The notes under the pieces are model-generated. The model was given only the letters and a program-made list of their open reading frames with translations. It did no database searches and was not told the origin of the DNA. The position numbers and the translations under genes are program-made. A stretch of DNA of 64,000 nt, taken from an uncultured candidatus Porisulfidus sp. Lineage in GTDB: Bacteria; Pseudomonadota; Gammaproteobacteria; Poriferisulfidales; Oxydemutatoraceae. This document shows positions 45,728 to 56,517 of this stretch, piece by piece. The DNA lies in assembly GCA_965215125.1 (NCBI GenBank), contig OZ244052.1:1440001-1504000 (forward strand), written 5' to 3'. Each line of letters begins with the position of its first letter. Positions within the stretch are counted from its first letter, which is position 1.

Positions 45728-47866
45728 ATGCCGGTTGATATTAGCCACTACAGAAAGCTTGCGGATCAGAGCGGTAGCATAGAAACTGCCGGGAAAACCG
45801 TACATTTATCAAAGTCGGGACAATTAGTATTAGGCGGTAATAAATTTTTCGGCAGGGTAGTCTCTTGGTTCAAGGGTTTTAGAACACGGCAACATATCGC
45901 AACTCGAAATGATTTTATAGAGGCACTGAACACGCACTACGGTAAGTTTATAACATCTCAAGTAACTACTCAAGGCTGGGTACATCAACACTCAAAAAAA
46001 CCATTGACCACGCGCGAAGTTTTCATGGCATTTAGGAAGATTGATGACTTGGCATTGGAGAATAAGGAAAAAAATGAACAACTTGCCTCCCGTTACGACG
46101 GTGTGGGGATTGAAGATTATCAAACCGAGTCGGATTCTACAAACTACTTAAAATCTCAATTATCCAATACCTTAAGAGAAATGTTTCCAAACTCCCCATC
46201 GGGAGAAGATGCCGAAGAACTAGAAACATATATGGACATTGCCGATGTAGGAAGGAAAATAAAAAGTAAAATAATGGAAAAAGGCGATAACGGTAAATTT
46301 AGGGTCACCAAAAAGGAGGCGGACAACATTGCCAAGCAAGTTTCTCAAGATGAGGCTGTGAAAACCTATAAACACATAATGGCGAATCAGCATTTTATTT
46401 TCCGAGAGAATTCCTCTTCTCTGAGTCAAAGAACCGTCGACTATTTGAACGGTAGGATAGAAGCCGATCTTATGGCGGAAATGTATAAAGCGGGTGACGA
46501 AAATCCTAAATTTCCGAGTCGAGAGCGGGTTGCCGAAATAGCTCAAAGTACTCAAGACGAATTATCGAAATTCATAGATGCCGAAAAAATTGCTCGGTCT
46601 CTAAATATCCCCGACGGCGAATTAAGAACGGAAGTTATAACTTTTTTGGCAAAGAGTGAGCTATCTCTATCTCAAATAAAAACGGCATGGGAGACAGGGG
46701 TGCAGATGCAGCCACACTTCAAAACAATCGCCGATGCCAATTCAACCGAAGAGCAATTAGAGAAAGCAATCAACGAATACACTAATGCGGTTTCCGAGTT
46801 ACAGTCTAAAGACGATATTGAAGATATAAGTAGCGAACTTCGCACACAGCGTAGCACGCTCATGATGATGGCCCAGGGTGGAGATTGGCGCGCGACGATG
46901 GGAAAAATACACCAACAAATTACCGCACCGGGTGCTTTGAATTCTTATATCAGAGCATTGAACCATTACCGGCTATCTTTCCCTGAAAGCGATGCCTATA
47001 AGAGGCAGGAAGCAGAGCAACCGGATTTTTATAGACCCGGTTTGCGAAGAGCCGACACATTTTCTACATGGATGGAATCGTTGGGCTTTGCGTCTGCGGC
47101 GATGTTGGGCAAATCGGGTGGAGAGGCGGAAATCGTGGCTCGGAGCGCACCATTGGAATCATCGTCCGAGGTAGGAGATAGAACGCTTAATTTGATGCGA
47201 AACACCGGCATTAAAATGCCAACCCCGGACCGCATAGGGCAGAGTGGAAGCGGAACTTTTTGTGATGCAGCAATTAAATATGTAGAGGATCAGCTGTCCG
47301 ATGGCAAGACAGGTCCTTTGGAAGAAAATGATATTTCCGAACAGTGCCTATTAGATATAGGTGTTCGCATACCCGCTTATTTTAACGGGGTGCCGGCATC
47401 GAGTGAAAAGGCGGAAGTGGTAGAGCAACTTAAAGAGTTTTGTGCTACCGACGGAAAGTTAAACAAAGACATGTTGTTCGCTATCTCGCAGTTTCATCAA
47501 GGTTCGATCGGGGCTGTGTTTAAGGTTTTCCAGAGAGAACAGATAGCACCGGTGCATGGTCAGTTTATAGCTTCCCTAGATGACAGTAAAACTACATTTT
47601 ATTTTAATAAAAATAAAGATGGTTCCGTCTCTGTAAGAATAACATTTGAAAGGAATAAGCCGTTATTCTTTGTATCGCAATATGATACTCTTTCTCATAA
47701 AGCTCAAGTTCGTCAAATAAATTTGGATAGGGATGCGAGTGGACTTGGATTAGATATGGAATTCCTATTAACACCCGAACAATTTAGTGCCGATAGAGAT
47801 AAATTCCCTCCACCCAAGGTTACAAATCTAACTTACCGCTATAGCTTATATGAGAATAAAGAGTGA
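45728..47866 (+). CDS. Putative T3SS effector (712 aa)
   Basis: Inside the T3SS operon after a class I chaperone; N-terminal FFGRVVSWFK resembles SptP/YopE-type chaperone-binding segments; no Sec signal. Confidence 0.65.
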   Translation: MPVDISHYRKLADQSGSIETAGKTVHLSKSGQLVLGGNKFFGRVVSWFKGFRTRQHIATRNDFIEALNTHYGKFITSQVTTQGWVHQHSKKPLTTREVFMAFRKIDDLALENKEKNEQLASRYDGVGIEDYQTESDSTNYLKSQLSNTLREMFPNSPSGEDAEELETYMDIADVGRKIKSKIMEKGDNGKFRVTKKEADNIAKQVSQDEAVKTYKHIMANQHFIFRENSSSLSQRTVDYLNGRIEADLMAEMYKAGDENPKFPSRERVAEIAQSTQDELSKFIDAEKIARSLNIPDGELRTEVITFLAKSELSLSQIKTAWETGVQMQPHFKTIADANSTEEQLEKAINEYTNAVSELQSKDDIEDISSELRTQRSTLMMMAQGGDWRATMGKIHQQITAPGALNSYIRALNHYRLSFPESDAYKRQEAEQPDFYRPGLRRADTFSTWMESLGFASAAMLGKSGGEAEIVARSAPLESSSEVGDRTLNLMRNTGIKMPTPDRIGQSGSGTFCDAAIKYVEDQLSDGKTGPLEENDISEQCLLDIGVRIPAYFNGVPASSEKAEVVEQLKEFCATDGKLNKDMLFAISQFHQGSIGAVFKVFQREQIAPVHGQFIASLDDSKTTFYFNKNKDGSVSVRITFERNKPLFFVSQYDTLSHKAQVRQINLDRDASGLGLDMEFLLTPEQFSADRDKFPPPKVTNLTYRYSLYENKE

Positions 47867-47886
47867 GGGAAGGAAATTGATATGTC

Positions 47887-49638
47887 ATGAGGATATCTAT
47901 ATTTGCGCTTTTGCTCCTCGCTATAAGCCCCGCACATCCGCAATCCTCACAACCCGATTGGGTTGATTCTCGCTACGGGTATTTTGCTCAAGACAAAGCA
48001 CTGCAGGAAGTCATCTCCGATTTTGCTGCGGAATTAAAATTACCGGTGATAATCAGCCCTGCTGTTACCGGTGTAGTCAACGGTGATTTCGCGACCATGA
48101 AAGCGATAGACTTTTTGTCTACGCTCGCACGCGTCTACCGCTTGATGTGGTTTTACGATGGTACCGTTCTACACATCTACAGCACTAGGGAGGTTAGAGA
48201 AGAGATTATCCCGCTGGCTGCCGATCGGATGACCGATATTGAAACCGTATTTAAGGAACTCAAGGTGATAGGAACGCACTACTACTGGAAGACTATTCCT
48301 AACCGCAATCGTGTCGAACTATCCGGACCACCTAGATTTATAGAACTAGTGGAATCGGTGATAGGTTCCGCCGAAGAGAAGCCATCGGACATCATTAGCA
48401 CTTTGCCACCTTTGGATAACCATGTGGTGAAGATATTCAAACTTAAATATATTTATGCATCCGGTGATAGTCGGCAAAAGACGCTTGATATCGCACAACT
48501 ACTCGGTCGTATCATGAATGTAGGCTATTATGTAACCGAAGGCGGCAGCGATGCGGTTAAAAAGCCGCATGACATTCAAAAACTACTGGGTAGTGGTTTG
48601 TCTCCCAGCTACGGAGAAAATGCCGATGGCGATAAAGAAAAATCCTCGCCTCAGCCGCAAAGCCCGCCCGCCCCGACTTCAAAGTCCGATGGCGCATATA
48701 TCATTGTAGACACTAGATTGAATATGGTCATCGTACGAGATCAACCCAAACGTATACCCTTATACGAAGCGTTGATAGATCAACTGGATAAACCGCTCGA
48801 TCAAATAGAAATAGAAGTTCTCATTTTAGATATCAACGACGATGCGACAAACACCTTGGGTATAGAATGGAATTACGAGTCCGGAGATTTTGCCTATTCT
48901 CAAGGTGGGATTTCAATCACCGAGATGAGCGCAGCGCAAAGTCGTCAATTTAGAATCCAGTTGGAAGCTCTAGAGACACAAGGGAAAGCAAACATATCTG
49001 CCCGTCCCTCGGTGTTGACTTTGGATAACCACGAAGCCGAGTTTTCTAATCAGCAGACTTTTTATGTAAAGTTAGGCGCACAAAGTGCGGAAAGTCAAGC
49101 GGTGGATTTAGTGCCCATCACTTACGGGGCTACGCTCAAGGTTAAACCTCATGTCATCTATCGCGATAAAGAGTCGCATCAAATACTTTTGACTCTGGAT
49201 ATACAAGACGGGAGACAATCACCCGACGACCAAAGGATTGACGGTGTGCCTGCCATTACCAACAGCACCATTAAAACCCAGGCGATGGTCAGCAACGGTA
49301 AAAGCCTGCTTATCGGGGGTTATAAGGTTAATCATGAATCGGCAGGCTATAGAGGTGTGCCGGTATTGGGCTATTTACCGATTGTCGGATTATTATTTAG
49401 AGTTCGGAACACGGTGAATTTGGATACCCGTCGCTACTTTTTGATTAGCCCTAAGCTGGTTGACTCGGAAGTGGTCTTTAAGTCCGATGTAGACGCAGCG
49501 GAGATATTAAGTCGCGACGATAAAAGTTATGAGGATAGATATCACCGGCAGCCGAAGCAGCAAGAAACACCTCGCTCGAATAATCAACCACCGCAAAACC
49601 CGAATTCGTATGAGCGAACCCATTCAGGACCGCCTTGA
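47887..49638 (+). CDS. sctC: T3SS outer-membrane secretin (YscC/HrcC)
   Basis: LMWFYDGTVLHIY, SGPPRFIELV, FKLKY, RPSVLTLDN, TFYVK, SLLIGG. Confidence 0.95.
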   Translation: MRISIFALLLLAISPAHPQSSQPDWVDSRYGYFAQDKALQEVISDFAAELKLPVIISPAVTGVVNGDFATMKAIDFLSTLARVYRLMWFYDGTVLHIYSTREVREEIIPLAADRMTDIETVFKELKVIGTHYYWKTIPNRNRVELSGPPRFIELVESVIGSAEEKPSDIISTLPPLDNHVVKIFKLKYIYASGDSRQKTLDIAQLLGRIMNVGYYVTEGGSDAVKKPHDIQKLLGSGLSPSYGENADGDKEKSSPQPQSPPAPTSKSDGAYIIVDTRLNMVIVRDQPKRIPLYEALIDQLDKPLDQIEIEVLILDINDDATNTLGIEWNYESGDFAYSQGGISITEMSAAQSRQFRIQLEALETQGKANISARPSVLTLDNHEAEFSNQQTFYVKLGAQSAESQAVDLVPITYGATLKVKPHVIYRDKESHQILLTLDIQDGRQSPDDQRIDGVPAITNSTIKTQAMVSNGKSLLIGGYKVNHESAGYRGVPVLGYLPIVGLLFRVRNTVNLDTRRYFLISPKLVDSEVVFKSDVDAAEILSRDDKSYEDRYHRQPKQQETPRSNNQPPQNPNSYERTHSGPP

Positions 49639-49647
49639 TAGCCCTTT

Positions 49648-51054
49648 TTGATGACCGATAGCGTAGAGATGAATGGAGACAAAGGCTGGGTTTTGAAGAT
49701 TTTAACCGGGCCGCATGTAGGTTCCGAAGCAGCATTATCATCCGGCGTTTATCTATTGGGCAGAGGTGAGAATTGCGATATTATTCTGCACGATACCAGC
49801 TTGGCAGAGCAACATTTTCAACTAAAATTGGATGCCGACAAAATCGGTTTAAGTATTCTTCCCGAAGATCATCCGTGTTATGTAGACGGCGAGGAGATAG
49901 ACTCCAATTCGGTTGAAATCAAGCCCTATCAAGTTATTTCTACAGGCACTTTTTTCTTCACTCTGGGTTCTGCGCAAGAAGCATGGCCGCCTATAGAATT
50001 GTTGGGCGTAGGACGAAACTTTAAGCAAGCCGAAGATAAGGCAACGGAAGAGAGGCCGCAAAACGACAACCCACGGCCATCCTCGTTATCGTCGGTTGTC
50101 TCCATTTCGGCGACATGGAGACAGCTGTGGCGCAACGACCGCCCGGCCAATCGCATTTATTTATCGGTGAGTATCGCCTTGATCGGCATAGGGCTGAGTT
50201 TGCTATTTGTTGTCTTCACAACGGCGGATATCCCCGGAGAAAATTTAGAAACCCGAAGCGTAGAGATCAATCGGATTATAGAAGAATATGTTGTTGACGC
50301 AACGGTGCGTACCGTATCCCACGACGGTGAAGAGATGCTACATATACACGGCTATACCGACACCGACGCACGACGCGACGCTTTTATGGAAGCATTGGGT
50401 AAGGCCAAAATTACCGCACAAACACAAATATACTCTGCCGAACGATTGAAACTTGCGGTATCGGTTATATTAGGTCAACTCCTGAATCCCGAAACCGACA
50501 AGGTCGAAGTAAGCGGTGTGCCGGGTTTTCCGAGCACAGTCGTTTTGTCCGGTTATGTTGAACAAAGCGAGATGTGGAAACGCGCATTGGATGTGATTAA
50601 AAACGATGTGCAGGGCCTGCAAAACTACGATAGCCAAGTGCGGACTATAGACGATGCTATGCACGAACTCAACCGGATGTTAGCAGCTCAAGGACTCTCG
50701 GACAAAGTTGACATCAATATAGACGACCATACAATTTATTTAATCTGGCAAACATTAAGCGATGATGAACAGCGGCGGTTGGCGATACTGTCCAAAGAGT
50801 TTAGGAAGAAATTCGATAATCAACCGCGGTTAGCCGATGCAAAACAGGTGAAACCTAAAATCAATAAATTTGAACTTGATGTAGATATACAATCCGTCAG
50901 TTTCGGTAAATCACCCTATTTGGAAACACACGAAGGCAAACGCTATATTGTCGGAGCCGCCTTAGGCGAATATACTATAAAAGAAATCAACCGAGAGTTT
51001 ATCCTATTATCAAAAGACGGCGAGTTGGGACGTTACTACTTTAACCAGCAATAG
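49648..51054 (+). CDS. sctD: T3SS inner-membrane ring protein (YscD/HrpQ)
   Basis: N-terminal FHA-like LKILTGPHVG...CDIILHD, single TM, BON-like repeats, C-terminal GKRYIVGA. Confidence 0.9.
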   Translation: MMTDSVEMNGDKGWVLKILTGPHVGSEAALSSGVYLLGRGENCDIILHDTSLAEQHFQLKLDADKIGLSILPEDHPCYVDGEEIDSNSVEIKPYQVISTGTFFFTLGSAQEAWPPIELLGVGRNFKQAEDKATEERPQNDNPRPSSLSSVVSISATWRQLWRNDRPANRIYLSVSIALIGIGLSLLFVVFTTADIPGENLETRSVEINRIIEEYVVDATVRTVSHDGEEMLHIHGYTDTDARRDAFMEALGKAKITAQTQIYSAERLKLAVSVILGQLLNPETDKVEVSGVPGFPSTVVLSGYVEQSEMWKRALDVIKNDVQGLQNYDSQVRTIDDAMHELNRMLAAQGLSDKVDINIDDHTIYLIWQTLSDDEQRRLAILSKEFRKKFDNQPRLADAKQVKPKINKFELDVDIQSVSFGKSPYLETHEGKRYIVGAALGEYTIKEINREFILLSKDGELGRYYFNQQ

Positions 51055-51107
51055 AACCGCCTAACAAAGATGGCACTGTTCTATTCCCCTCCTTCGGAGG
51101 GGTGGCA
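51050..51107 (-). repeat. Hairpin-element end plus REP-like half unit at the T3SS 3' boundary
   Basis: AATAGAACCGCC...GTTCTATT overlapping the sctD stop, then ATTCCCCTCCTTCGGAGGGGTGGC. Confidence 0.75.
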
Positions 51108-51188
51108 ATAGCATGAAAACTAACTTTGTAGATGGTAATAAAAATGGGGTAACGTCAGTAATTTACACACAGCAAAGGGAGATTAGAT

Positions 51189-51422
51189 ATGTCAGAAATA
51201 GCACTTTACAATGCACTAACGAAGCTAGGGTTAGACCATAACGAAGCAAAGGAAGCAGTTGCGGATATTGCCGGCACAAAGGAAGTGGCAACGAAGGTGG
51301 ATTTAGCAAACTTGGAGACAAGGCTAACGAATAGAATATATGCAGTGACCGGGGTGATAATCGGGGCAGTCGGATTGATGATAGCAGTTGCAGGATTGAT
51401 GATAAGGTTTTTTATGATGTGA
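51189..51422 (+). CDS. Small tail-anchored coiled-coil protein (CCDC90/DUF1640-like)
   Basis: IALYNAL...EAKEAVA...VATKVDL...TM; paralog of 62384..62611. Confidence 0.75.
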   Translation: MSEIALYNALTKLGLDHNEAKEAVADIAGTKEVATKVDLANLETRLTNRIYAVTGVIIGAVGLMIAVAGLMIRFFMM

Positions 51423-51458
51423 AGCACATGCATTTACAACCGACAATAACAGGCTCGA

Positions 51459-51678
51459 AGAACCTTAATACATAGTACAAAATGTAAAACCTTTCCATGG
51501 GGTGGTCGCCGAAGCGTCTGCACAAATACAGTATCGGTACATTCCCCTCCTGTAGAGGGGTGGCCTATGCATTTTGCAATGCATGCGTTTAGCAGTCATG
51601 TTGAGGTTCTGAACAAAGTCACGCCGATTGACCTGCTGGTTCAATCGGCGGTTCTATTCAGCCTGATGGGGTGGTCGC
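51459..51678 (-). repeat. REP-like cluster with nested hairpin element
   Basis: 51541-51675 is nearly identical to 62137-62271; 51459-51540 resembles 24191-24270. Confidence 0.9.
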
Positions 51679-51701
51679 AAAAGTGCCTGCACTTTCCATG
51701 A

Positions 51702-53372
51702 CTATTGGCCACCAATCCATGCTTTGCCTATTCCTCTAGGATCGGAAGCTGCGTCCAGCTTGTTTTGCCGGTAATCCCAAATCACAACCTGCATATTGCC
51801 GTAAGTGCCGTCGTAGGGTTTCAGACGATGACCCAAAGAGGTCAAGGCGCGTTGTGTATCAATGGAGAAAGTGCCGTTCTCAAAGCTCACTTCGTCGGGT
51901 AAATACTGGTGATGGTAGCGGTGAGCGGATACGATTTCAGAAGCACTGTCATTTTCTAAAAAATTCATAATAGCAAACATCACCATCGTGATAATACGGC
52001 TACCGCCGGGTGTGCCTATAATTGCAAGCCTTTTGCCATCGTCTACGAAGGTCGGCGACATGCTCGACAGCATGCGTTTGCCGGGAGCTATTTTATTCGC
52101 TTCGGAACCCACCAAGCCGTATAGATTGGGCACCCCCGGTTTTGCAACGAAATCGTCCATTTCGTCGTTCAACAAGATACCCGTGTTCGGCACTACGAAT
52201 CCCGAACCGAAAGCGTAATTAATAGAGAGCGTTGCGGCAACGCGATTGCCGTCGGCGTCTATGATCGAATAGTGCGTTGTGTTATCGGACTCTAAAACAC
52301 CCTGATCGGTATTTGATAACTTCGCGCTAGGTGTTGCTTTTGACGCCGAAATAGTCTGGGCCAGTTCGCGCGCATAAGAAGCACTTAACAAGCGGTCAAC
52401 CGGCACATCGACGAAGTCCGTATCACCTAGATAAAGAGCACGGTCGTAGTAAGCGCGTCGCATTGCTTCTACGGAGTAGTGGATCTTTGTTACCGGATCG
52501 GCTTCTCGGTTATCCAACTGTGCTAGCGTATTGAAAATGATGCCCAGCACGATGCCGCCCGAAGAGGGTAGTGCCGCACTGATGATTTTCGCACCGCGAT
52601 AATTGAATCGTATAGGTTTTCTCTCTACGATTTGATATTGTGCGAGGTCTGCTTTACTCCATATCCCGCCGCCGTCGCGCACGCCTTTGATTAATTTGTC
52701 CGCCATAGTCCCTGAGTAGAAACCGGCAGCCCCTTTTTGCACTAAGCGTTCCAAAGTTTCTGCAAGATCGTTTTGTATAATTCGGTGTCCTAAATCCGGG
52801 ACTTGATTATCTTTCAAGAAAATGTCCGCAGCCGCCGCCGATGCTTGCAAGGCATCCAGCCTTAGCTTTGCCATTTTTTGATATATTTCGTCAACCGCAA
52901 ATCCGTCTCGTGCGACTTTAATCGCCGCTGCCAACGATTGTGAAAGTTTAAGACGACCGTAATGCTCCGAGATATAAACGAGTCCTGCGGGCTCTCCCGG
53001 GATGCCTGCCGCCAAAGGTCCGTTGATAGATACGTTTTCAATTAATTGTCCCTGTTCGTCTAAGTAGAGTTTTGCGTGCGCTGCCAGCGGTGCTTTTTCT
53101 CGGGCATCTATCATCAGTGCTTTGCCGTCGCTTTGTTGTAGTAGCCAAAAACCACCACCGCCTAAGCCCGAAGAATAAGGTTCTACAACCGCCAACATTG
53201 CGGCAACCGCCACTGCGGCATCGTAAGCATTGCCGCCTTGTTCTAGTATTTCCTGTGCCGTAGCGGTCGCTAAGGGATGCGCGGTAGCAACCGCAGCGGC
53301 ACCCGGCCGTACATCCGCCGATGTCGTTGTAGATACGACACAAATAATAACCAAAGCAATAAATCTAAACAT
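51702..53372 (-). CDS. ggt: Gamma-glutamyltransferase
   Basis: GGNAYDAA, VVEPYSSGLGGGGF, DAREKAP, TTHYS, NDEMDDF, LSSMSP, GTPGGSRI. Confidence 0.97.
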   Translation of the reverse strand: MFRFIALVIICVVSTTTSADVRPGAAAVATAHPLATATAQEILEQGGNAYDAAVAVAAMLAVVEPYSSGLGGGGFWLLQQSDGKALMIDAREKAPLAAHAKLYLDEQGQLIENVSINGPLAAGIPGEPAGLVYISEHYGRLKLSQSLAAAIKVARDGFAVDEIYQKMAKLRLDALQASAAAADIFLKDNQVPDLGHRIIQNDLAETLERLVQKGAAGFYSGTMADKLIKGVRDGGGIWSKADLAQYQIVERKPIRFNYRGAKIISAALPSSGGIVLGIIFNTLAQLDNREADPVTKIHYSVEAMRRAYYDRALYLGDTDFVDVPVDRLLSASYARELAQTISASKATPSAKLSNTDQGVLESDNTTHYSIIDADGNRVAATLSINYAFGSGFVVPNTGILLNDEMDDFVAKPGVPNLYGLVGSEANKIAPGKRMLSSMSPTFVDDGKRLAIIGTPGGSRIITMVMFAIMNFLENDSASEIVSAHRYHHQYLPDEVSFENGTFSIDTQRALTSLGHRLKPYDGTYGNMQVVIWDYRQNKLDAASDPRGIGKAWIGGQ

Positions 53373-53393
53373 AGACTATTTCTTTATCATATC

Positions 53394-54115
<722 letters not shown>

Positions 54116-54131
54116 AATTTACCCACTCTTG

Positions 54132-54410
54132 CTAGGAAAAAGTGCCGATTCCCATAGTAGTCAGGTAGATGAGAAGCAACACCGACAATGTGATGTTGGC
54201 AAACATAACCGAACCGGGCTTGGGTTTTTTAATAAAACCCCAACCGACTATCAAGCCGAGTACACACAAACCTAAAGATGCCCAATAGATGTTCTGCACG
54301 CAGTCCGTTTGGCAAGTGCGCGTCTCAAAGTTGCCGGATAACAACTGCATGACTAACACGACGGCAAGCGACCAAGCGGCAACTGCGGATAATAAAGAAA
54401 GTAGTTTCAC
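54132..54410 (-). CDS. Small three-TM membrane protein, hypothetical
   Basis: Three hydrophobic helices, CxxxC loop, RBS AGGAG. Confidence 0.65.
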   Translation of the reverse strand: MKLLSLLSAVAAWSLAVVLVMQLLSGNFETRTCQTDCVQNIYWASLGLCVLGLIVGWGFIKKPKPGSVMFANITLSVLLLIYLTTMGIGTFS

Positions 54411-54499
54411 CTTGTTAGACTCCTGTTGAGAAATAGACGATTAGTTTATAAATGTATATGTTAGCATTTTTTTCGTCATACTATCACCTGCGTTCTAGG

Positions 54500-55642
54500 C
54501 TATTTCCGTTGAACAACGACTATTCTGTTCGTCAAAGTCCCCGATTTATTGTTGCTAATTCCCCAGCAATTAGAAGTTTTAGTGAATTCTTGTTGATTGA
54601 TGAGCACCTCTACGAGTTCAAAAGGCAGGTCTGTTAGTGATTTCAATACTTCCTCATCCAATAGCACTTTCCCGTTGCGCACCTCTCCCACTTCAAAAGC
54701 GACATGACCGCCGGGCATCACGACGCGTGCAAACTCGATGAAGACTCGGCGCACGAACCTTTGCCACTTTTCTACGGTGCTATGGCAATCTATGCGCACT
54801 TTATCGGGGTCTATATCGGCAAACCAACACCGCAACCAGTTATCCTTCGCATAATCCACTATGTCTAGGAACGGCGGCGATGTCACCACTAGTTTGACCT
54901 CGCCGGTTTTGATATAGTCCAACGCGTCGGCACGGCAACACCTTAATTTATGTTTATCGCCCACCGGCGGATATCCGAATCTTAATGCCGGTGGATACCC
55001 GGACCTTAATAAGGTTCTGCTTTTTTTCATCACGATAGCGATTAAATCTTTAGGCTCCGGTATGCGGTTATATTGCTTGTTTATCTGTGCCTGTTTCGCT
55101 ACGGAGACCGCTTGATTAGGTGGCATGGTTTTTACCGATAAAAATCCCGATGAATGTCCGCTGAGCCTATTCAATATAACCATCCGTATCCAGTGATCTG
55201 CACTCGTCATGGTGTTGTTCGCCTCTTTTTCTGCAAACCAATTCCGTATAGCTGTTAAGTGGCTCAGGGTCTGCGGATGAAAGAAAGTTAGCAACTCTCG
55301 GTATTCGTCGGGTATGTCTGCGCTCTGTGGCATCGCTCTGAGTGTTTTTTCCACATCGCATAAATCGGGAGGATCTAATCTGGGTGCGACAAGAATGGTA
55401 GACAACGGATTGATATCGCTACCGTAAGCGATGCGTTCTGTTAAAGATGCTTGCAATGCGGTGGTACCTCTGCCCATAAAAGGATCGAGGACGATATTGC
55501 CGACCGATGTATATTTATCTATAAAGTAAGACGGTAACTGCGGCTTAAAACAAGCCCTATAACTAATTTCATGAAGGCTGTGCCCTTGTCGTTGTCTTGC
55601 CGTCCAGAAACTTCCGACTTTGTAATTGCAACGGGTCTGCAC
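54500..55642 (-). CDS. Orphan amino (N4-cytosine-type) DNA methyltransferase
   Basis: SYRACFKPQLP, motif I DPFMGRGTT, motif IV VTSPPF. Confidence 0.85.
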   Translation of the reverse strand: MQTRCNYKVGSFWTARQRQGHSLHEISYRACFKPQLPSYFIDKYTSVGNIVLDPFMGRGTTALQASLTERIAYGSDINPLSTILVAPRLDPPDLCDVEKTLRAMPQSADIPDEYRELLTFFHPQTLSHLTAIRNWFAEKEANNTMTSADHWIRMVILNRLSGHSSGFLSVKTMPPNQAVSVAKQAQINKQYNRIPEPKDLIAIVMKKSRTLLRSGYPPALRFGYPPVGDKHKLRCCRADALDYIKTGEVKLVVTSPPFLDIVDYAKDNWLRCWFADIDPDKVRIDCHSTVEKWQRFVRRVFIEFARVVMPGGHVAFEVGEVRNGKVLLDEEVLKSLTDLPFELVEVLINQQEFTKTSNCWGISNNKSGTLTNRIVVVQRK

Positions 55643-55648
55643 TAGTTC

Positions 55649-55695
55649 ATTCCCCTCCTGTGGAGGGGTGGCAGGCTTCGCCTGACGGGGTGGTT
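55649..55695 (-). repeat. REP-like unit
   Basis: ATTCCCCTCCTGTGGAGGGGTGGCAGGCTTCGCCTGACGGGGTGGTT. Confidence 0.9.
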
Positions 55696-55757
55696 CAGAA
55701 CTGCCCCTACATTTCGTGGTTTACTCCGCAGCCTTACAAACATTATGTTTTGCCTCA

Positions 55758-56249
55758 TCAGACCACAAAAATCACAACCGTACTGACAATAGAACTTACC
55801 GAAACAACGATGCCGACGGCTAACGCGATACCCCATTTATAGATGTCATCCCTGAATTTAGAGTGTTCTGCTTTCATAATTGCTATGTCGGCTTTTATAT
55901 TCACAATGTCGGTTTTCATAATCGCCATATCGGTTTTCATATCTGCGATGTCGGCTTCAACCTTGTTTAGTCTTAATTTTATATTTTCTATATCGGTTTT
56001 CATAATCGCCATCTCAGCTTTCATAACCGTCATCTCGGCTTTCATATCTGCAATCACCGCCTTTATGTCAACAATTTCGTTTTCAACATTGCTTAGCCTC
56101 GAGTCTATACCCTCCATGTATAAACCTGCTTTGTCCGATTGTGGAACATGTGTTTCCGATTCTAGAAAGTTCAGCTTTGCCTTCATTTCAAGTACCATTT
56201 TATAAATAGTTTCAATCGTTAAGTTATCTGCATTTTCTATACTTGCCAT
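55758..56249 (-). CDS. Tail-anchored coiled-coil protein with heptad repeats (CCDC90/DUF1640/Bdr-like)
   Basis: About 10 heptads of the type MAIMKTD/IADMKAE encoded by degenerate 21-bp repeats; KWG-TM C-terminus; paralog of 35850..36113. Confidence 0.8.
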   Translation of the reverse strand: MASIENADNLTIETIYKMVLEMKAKLNFLESETHVPQSDKAGLYMEGIDSRLSNVENEIVDIKAVIADMKAEMTVMKAEMAIMKTDIENIKLRLNKVEADIADMKTDMAIMKTDIVNIKADIAIMKAEHSKFRDDIYKWGIALAVGIVVSVSSIVSTVVIFVV

Positions 56250-56268
56250 TTTTAACCTCTTAAGTTGA

Positions 56269-56363
56269 ATTATAAGAAAGAGCCTGCGTTATAGCAAGCC
56301 GTCTAATCATGATTGGATTATAGGAAGTGCTTACAGTGCTGTTTTGCATTTCCGACGAACGGC
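56269..56363 (-). promoter_or_regulatory. Sigma70-like promoter (TTGCTA-N17-TATAAT) with an upstream AlgR-like box
   Basis: -10 at 56269-74, -35 at 56292-97; GCCGTTCGTC on the minus strand at 56354-56363. Confidence 0.5.
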
Positions 56364-56393
56364 ACTATAAATATGGATGACCTGCAATTATAA

Positions 56394-56441
56394 AACCACC
56401 CCGTCAGGCGAAGCCTGCTACCCCTCCGAGGGAGGGGAATG
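56394..56441 (+). repeat. REP-like unit
   Basis: ACCACCCCGTCAGGCGAAGCCTGCTACCCCTCCGAGGGAGGGGAATG. Confidence 0.9.
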
Positions 56442-56517
56442 TAATGGCACTGTACTTGTGCATAAATGTGGTAGAATTATTTATCTTGCATCTAAGGTTA
56501 TTGCAAGAGGAGCGATT

